A DNA stretch of 48,432 bases from positions 1 to 48,432 of IMG/VR virus record IMGVR_UViG_3300050195_000016. One strand, 5' to 3'. Both the position numbers and the translations under genes were made by a program. Source of the DNA: a virus. Positions 43,823-48,432 of this stretch are shown here, piece after piece. Under the pieces are notes generated by a model, which searched no databases, was not told where the DNA came from, and saw nothing but the letters and a program-made list of their open reading frames with translations. Within the stretch, counting starts at the first letter, position 1. Each line of letters starts with the position of its first letter.

Positions 43823-46064
43823 TTACCACCATACTCCATCCGTATATTTTAAGTGCTTTACTGGGGCTAGTCTTGAATAATAGAGAGACTACCTTGCCAT
43901 GACCACGCAGCTTGTTCCTAGTAGAAACTACAGGGAAACCATCATTATACTCTTCTGAGGAAGAGCTAGGTAAGTATGGTCTTTTTAGTCTATATGCTTC
44001 AAAAGAAGTTCCCCATCGTTTACTGTTAGCAGAGTTGGTCCACTCCCATTGAGATTGGACTAAACATGACGAAGTATTTAATAGGTTATATGAGCTGTCC
44101 CACCCAGTTTCAGATCTCTCGAAGAACACTGATAAGTACGGAATAAACTTATTACGTTGGTATTCATTGCCAGATGCATACCCAGTTAATAAATAAGCTT
44201 CTGCGTCTGCAGTTCCCCAGTCCTTAAATTCACTATTCGTATATTGACATAAGTCTATGACTGCAGAGTAACCTGATGTGGCTGATGTGAGTGTCTTTAT
44301 ACCTATGTAATACGACTCCCGATAAGACGTCTCTAGCGCACTATAACCATACACAACACTAGCCCCATCGTGCACTACTAAGTCTGTATCGTAATACACC
44401 GTGTCGTCTGCTGTAGTAACCGCGAAAGCAGGCATACTAACATACCCAACAACTTGGGAAGAGCCATCAACTACATCTTTGTAGAAAGCGCCTAAGTCTA
44501 CATCGAAGTTAAGTATAGTTGTGTCAGATGTACTACCTATAGAGTTACGTAATATCCAATGTACCTTCCTCTCATACCCGTCGAAGAAACCAACAGCGTT
44601 ACGTTTAAGTAGGTCGTCAATATCATTATAGTATGTTTGGATAGTCTGGATAGTAACATTCTGTACAGCATAATCCCCAAGCTGATCTTTTGCTACTGTG
44701 TAAATACCATCTGTACCAAAGAATATCAAACTGTTATCAACCTGTACTACAGAATCTTTAGCTATACATCCCCTATCACTAAGTCTAGCTACTTTATAAT
44801 CTGTTGCACTAAACCCGTACCCACTACCCCCAGTAATCTGCCAAACACCATTAGATGCTATTAAAATAAGGGAGTCCCCTAAATTAACCATTGATAACAC
44901 AGTAGATGCGCCATCAACTTTTATAAAACCACCGTCTGTATCAACGAGATCAGAATTATCAGATGTAGGATCTGCCTCTTGGTAACAAACAGATAAATCA
45001 GAAGTAGATGACACAAGCTTTGAGAATAGCACGTATGAGCCAAGACTAGGAGATTGAGCATCACCAGAGATTGTTGCTCCACTTATCCCAGAGTAGAACA
45101 TCCTACCAGCATACTGAGAAAGGCAGCCAAATCCACCATCGGTGTAGTCTAATGGCATACTCTGTGGATTATACGCTACTTGTGAGAACTTACTGCGTAG
45201 ACTTGTAATAGAAGACCTACGATCAGCCCCTCGTGTTAAGGCATTAATAATAAAGTACCCACACGCTGCCCTTGTGCTACCTAAAGGATTAGCTTTAAGG
45301 TCTGCTGGGAAGAATCTCTTCGTTATACGATCATCACTATCGTTAGCATCAGCGTACAAAGCAGATAACACTGTGTCTGAGTTAGATGGGTAAACTCCGG
45401 CATCAACAACAAAACTACTTATAGGGTCTGTTAGTGTTTCGTTATTCCCCCTGAACCTAGGGTATGCCCAACCTTGGTTGTACAAATTGTACACATGCAA
45501 GTCTTGATTAGAGCTTGGTCTTGTGTCTATTGTACTGTGAGATAGATACCCATCCTCAACCCCGAATAAGTCACGGATGTACAAAGAGAAACTAGACTCA
45601 GTTATTGTACCAGAGGAGTAGGAATAACTGCGTATTACAGAGGAACCATCAGTTATGACTAGTATGCCATCAACCGCAGATATGCTAGAGGAGATTTCTT
45701 GGTTAGATAATGTTCCTGTGTAGATAGGCCCAGTGGACATTGTTGCTACATTATAAATAGTTAATGAATTTCCTAACTGTACAACTAAGAAGTTTAACTC
45801 TGCGGTATTAGCTACATTCTTCCAAAGGAAGCTCTTAAACCCACATGTTGTTGCATAAGTAGCTGATACGAAGTTAGATAAAGTCGTACTAGAAAACGTA
45901 GAGGAGAATTCCATCCCCAGTCTACGGTTACGGCTACCATCCTTATTAAGTACAAAGTTTTGTTCGTCTAAAGATGCACCATCTGGGAAGGTTAAAGGCG
46001 ATGCTTCGGTTATAAATCCCTTAACAAAACTAGTTATGTTAATCGGCGCTTGTTGCTGTGACAT
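43803..46064 (-). CDS. Tail tubular protein B-like (753 aa)
   Basis: Size and position fit. The N-terminus (FVKGFITEASPLTFPDGASLDEQNFVLNKDGSRNRRLG) resembles podovirus nozzle proteins. AAGGA lies 8 nt upstream of the ATG at 46064. Confidence 0.55.
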   Translation of the reverse strand: MSQQQAPINITSFVKGFITEASPLTFPDGASLDEQNFVLNKDGSRNRRLGMEFSSTFSSTTLSNFVSATYATTCGFKSFLWKNVANTAELNFLVVQLGNSLTIYNVATMSTGPIYTGTLSNQEISSSISAVDGILVITDGSSVIRSYSYSSGTITESSFSLYIRDLFGVEDGYLSHSTIDTRPSSNQDLHVYNLYNQGWAYPRFRGNNETLTDPISSFVVDAGVYPSNSDTVLSALYADANDSDDRITKRFFPADLKANPLGSTRAACGYFIINALTRGADRRSSITSLRSKFSQVAYNPQSMPLDYTDGGFGCLSQYAGRMFYSGISGATISGDAQSPSLGSYVLFSKLVSSTSDLSVCYQEADPTSDNSDLVDTDGGFIKVDGASTVLSMVNLGDSLILIASNGVWQITGGSGYGFSATDYKVARLSDRGCIAKDSVVQVDNSLIFFGTDGIYTVAKDQLGDYAVQNVTIQTIQTYYNDIDDLLKRNAVGFFDGYERKVHWILRNSIGSTSDTTILNFDVDLGAFYKDVVDGSSQVVGYVSMPAFAVTTADDTVYYDTDLVVHDGASVVYGYSALETSYRESYYIGIKTLTSATSGYSAVIDLCQYTNSEFKDWGTADAEAYLLTGYASGNEYQRNKFIPYLSVFFERSETGWDSSYNLLNTSSCLVQSQWEWTNSANSKRWGTSFEAYRLKRPYLPSSSSEEYNDGFPVVSTRNKLRGHGKVVSLLFKTSPSKALKIYGWSMVVNVNGNL

Positions 46065-46224
46065 TTTTACCATCCTTAACCGCATCAATAGACTCTTTAG
46101 CGATCTCTATAGAAGTAAAATTGCCCCTTAATTCTTTTGGTAGGCTACCCTTACCATCTACTAAAATCTGATACATTGAGAATGTGCCCAAAGGGGCTAT
46201 TTTATATCCACGATAACTAATCAT
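46039..46224 (-). CDS. Hypothetical protein (61 aa)
   Basis: ORF between the two tail tube candidates. Confidence 0.4.
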   Translation of the reverse strand: MISYRGYKIAPLGTFSMYQILVDGKGSLPKELRGNFTSIEIAKESIDAVKDGKNVTATSAD

Positions 46225-46976
46225 TTCTTTCCTCTACGCCCATAATTTGGATATTTAATCCCACCATTAACTCTCCATGCCTTACGGGACAACCAAGAGT
46301 TTTGTTTTTGGTAAGTACTTTCTGCTTTCTGGTCTGCTGTCTGTTTTAACTTCAACATAGCAGAACTTTTAGCATTCTCTACTAACGCAGTGTAAGCCTC
46401 TTCAGGAAGATCTGGCTCAAACATATCTGTAAGAGAGAAGGTAGGCATATAGTATGCACATAACTGTGTCTTGCTGCCAACTAAGGTGTTTTCTAAAGAG
46501 CTATTATAGGAGTCACATACAATGTAGTCGTCATTGAAGGATGTGTAGTACTCAGGGTTCTTGTCGTTCCTAACTGCTATAGACACACCACTTAGATCAG
46601 TCTTAACCTCTACATTATCTGCATCAGTATTAAGTGCATTCTGCTTCATTAAGAACGCATCATTTTCAAGCCACTTTAACTGCCTATAATTGTTCTTAGT
46701 GCTTCCATTCTCGTAACAGTTATAGTTTATAAATAACACTTCTTTTACTAAGCTTGGTACTTTTAAGTGGGTTGGGTGTTCAGTAGAACCAGAATTTGTC
46801 ATCTGGCCTAGCTTCTTCAAATGAGGCCAGTCTCTAGAGGACATCATAGCCATATAAGTGCTTTTGATTATATTAGCAACTTGCAGAGACTCTACTGTGT
46901 CATCAATACTATTAACTTCATCACTATCCATTTCAGATAGTATTTCTTGTGTCATATCTAACAATGTTCTTGACAT
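46221..46976 (-). CDS. Tail tubular protein A / adaptor-like (251 aa)
   Basis: Begins MSRTLLDMTQEILSEMDSDEVNSIDDTVESLQVANIIKSTY. It lies upstream of the tubular B candidate. The ATG at 46976 is 1 nt after the upstream stop. Confidence 0.5.
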   Translation of the reverse strand: MSRTLLDMTQEILSEMDSDEVNSIDDTVESLQVANIIKSTYMAMMSSRDWPHLKKLGQMTNSGSTEHPTHLKVPSLVKEVLFINYNCYENGSTKNNYRQLKWLENDAFLMKQNALNTDADNVEVKTDLSGVSIAVRNDKNPEYYTSFNDDYIVCDSYNSSLENTLVGSKTQLCAYYMPTFSLTDMFEPDLPEEAYTALVENAKSSAMLKLKQTADQKAESTYQKQNSWLSRKAWRVNGGIKYPNYGRRGKK

Positions 46977-46977
46977 A

Positions 46978-47625
46978 TTAAAGTCTCTTAATTGACAGGG
47001 AACCATCTGTTAGTGTAACAGTAGTTGATGTGTCAGATGCTATTGCATAGCCTACAATATCCCCAGCAGCAAATACCCGAATTGTACTAGAAGATATTGT
47101 TGCTATATCCCCAGCGGACTTAGCTTTGTATTGGGCTAGTGCTACGGTTGTTTGGGCTGCTCCATTTAGTGTACGAAGTAATCCAATGTTAGCGGAGGCT
47201 ACACTAGAAGCTATGGACGCCCAGAAGTTGATCTCATAATAACCTGCCTCTGGTATTACTAAGTTTTTAGTAGTTGAGTCTACTGTAAATCCGTTTAATA
47301 CTTGTGTACTTGTTACAAAATACTGTGTTATGCTTGTATAAGATGCAGCAGACCTTAGAGATGCAGCCGTCAATGCAATAGCTTGTGATAAGTTTACTGC
47401 ATTAGTGTGTCCATACTGAGCCTTGTAAACCCAAGTTAATCCACCAGACCCATCAGATACTGGTACTTTACCTGAGACGGCTGAAGATTGACCAGTAACT
47501 TGTGGAGTGTCCCAGCTACCAGTGCCGGTCCCAGTAGCAATATACGCAGTCTTTGCTGCAGCTGTTGATACACCTTTAGGTTCATGTAAGCCAGCCTCTG
47601 GAATATCTTTATGAGCAATAGACAT
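46978..47625 (-). CDS. Virion protein (215 aa), function unknown
   Basis: N-terminal DIPEAGLHEPKG, then Ala/Ser/Thr/Gly-rich beta composition. Confidence 0.4.
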   Translation of the reverse strand: MSIAHKDIPEAGLHEPKGVSTAAAKTAYIATGTGTGSWDTPQVTGQSSAVSGKVPVSDGSGGLTWVYKAQYGHTNAVNLSQAIALTAASLRSAASYTSITQYFVTSTQVLNGFTVDSTTKNLVIPEAGYYEINFWASIASSVASANIGLLRTLNGAAQTTVALAQYKAKSAGDIATISSSTIRVFAAGDIVGYAIASDTSTTVTLTDGSLSIKRL

Positions 47626-47641
47626 TCTAATTCCTTAAACT

Positions 47642-47664
47642 AAAAAAGGGAGCCTAAGCTCCCC
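47642..47664 (-). terminator. Rho-independent terminator after the capsid operon
   Basis: On the minus strand: GGGAGC, loop TTAG, GCTCCC, followed by TTTTTT. Confidence 0.75.
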
Positions 47665-47671
47665 TTATATG

Positions 47672-48148
47672 TTACGGCAGAGCACGAGCGTATTTAATAA
47701 TAACTCGAATCTGGCCAGCAGTTGCTACAACTGGTGTGGTACCGCCAAATGCAATACCAATTTGAGTAGTAGCTGCTAACTTAGCTGCCCAAGTACCAAC
47801 TAAGGTTGGAGCATACCGACCAGCTGTTTCTGCCTGTGTTTCGGAGATAACAAAACCATTAGTTACCTCAGTACCCTTTGTACCAACAAGAATAGTTGGG
47901 GTTGTACCTGTAATGGAGAACACTGTGTTGGTGTCTACATACACATTCAAGATTGTTGAACCCGCAGGAATATAAACCTTTGGGTAGAAAGTGTAGGCAT
48001 TGCCTGCTGCGTTAAGACCCTCACCATTAATGAAGACCTCCACCTCTTGTTCTACACCAGCAGATGGCTCATTACCAATCACTGCACCTGTGCTACGAAC
48101 ACCAAATTGGTTTGATACACCCAAACCAGAATCACTATAGAAAGGCAT
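47672..48148 (-). CDS. Capsid-associated protein (158 aa), possibly decoration
   Basis: Immediately downstream of the capsid gene and upstream of a strong terminator. Gly/Thr/Val-rich beta composition. Confidence 0.35.
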   Translation of the reverse strand: MPFYSDSGLGVSNQFGVRSTGAVIGNEPSAGVEQEVEVFINGEGLNAAGNAYTFYPKVYIPAGSTILNVYVDTNTVFSITGTTPTILVGTKGTEVTNGFVISETQAETAGRYAPTLVGTWAAKLAATTQIGIAFGGTTPVVATAGQIRVIIKYARALP

Positions 48149-48160
48149 TATAAAGTCCTA

Positions 48161-48432
48161 TTAGTAGTTAACAGCAGAAGTGACCAAAACACCCAGAGTG
48201 TCAACACGCTGAGGACCGATGCCATAACGAGCACGAGTAATGAATTCATCACGACCCAAGTCTTTATTACGTTCACCTTCTACTTTAGGGAGACGACGCT
48301 GAGCAACCATAATAGGTTTAGTGTTGTCATCCAGAATACACATGAAGATATTTGCTACTGAAGAAGACACTGAAGTAGTGCCATCAGAGAATGTACCTTT
48401 AGGCAGGCGGTTAGAAGAGATAACTTCCCAGC
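48161..48432 (-). CDS. Major capsid protein, 3' portion (48306..48432 repeats bases 1..127)
   Basis: Same frame as 1..794 across the junction. Stop TAA at 48161-48163. Confidence 0.8.
   Translation of the reverse strand, partial: WEVISSNRLPKGTFSDGTTSVSSSVANIFMCILDDNTKPIMVAQRRLPKVEGERNKDLGRDEFITRARYGIGPQRVDTLGVLVTSAVNY

Noticed and set aside
1-48432. Lysogeny or mobile-element genes (integrase, repressor, transposase) and a single-subunit RNA polymerase
   Set aside because: No ORF shows the relevant motifs. The only ORFs longer than 700 aa are virion proteins in the late operon.

Overview
The window is a complete, circularly closed genome of a lytic, tailed, podovirus-like phage. Bases 1-127 are identical to 48306-48432, so the unique length is 48305 bp. 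The overlap lies inside the major capsid gene, which marks it as an assembly overlap rather than a physical terminal repeat.

The genome has two arms separated by a 1.18-kb ORF-free control region (9174-10356).
- Plus-strand early/middle arm (10357-34460): T7-type replication genes, namely primase-helicase, family A DNA polymerase, an SSB-like protein, a 5'-3' exonuclease and an HNH nuclease. It also carries a class II ribonucleotide reductase, an ECF-like sigma factor, an SPFH/band-7 protein and a CCA-adding-enzyme-like nucleotidyltransferase.
- Minus-strand late arm (9173 down through the junction to 34477): tailspike, terminase, portal, a lambda-type lysis cassette, one tRNA, scaffold, capsid, tail tube proteins and internal virion proteins, including a 1549-aa giant.

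No single-subunit RNA polymerase, integrase or repressor is visible. The spanins, sigma70-like promoters and AGGAG-type ribosome binding sites point to a Gram-negative host.

Observations most worth follow-up:
1. A promoter-led 8.6-kb module with five amide-bond enzymes (peptidase C26/GATase-I, Ntn GATase-II, two glutamine-synthetase-fold COOH-NH2 ligases, one ATP-grasp ligase), interleaved with tiny ORFs.
2. A roughly 18-bp gene-junction motif, TTTARRGGRAAYTRR-ATG, seen at least 12 times. It forces about 11 upstream proteins to end in F-[K/R/M]-G-N.
3. Two group I introns that split the helicase Walker A motif and polymerase motif A.
4. Two same-orientation copies of a TA-rich tract followed by a conserved 32-bp box.
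5. Paralogous small genes that flank both the SPFH gene and the sigma-factor gene.

All functional calls come from reading motifs by eye. No database search was run.
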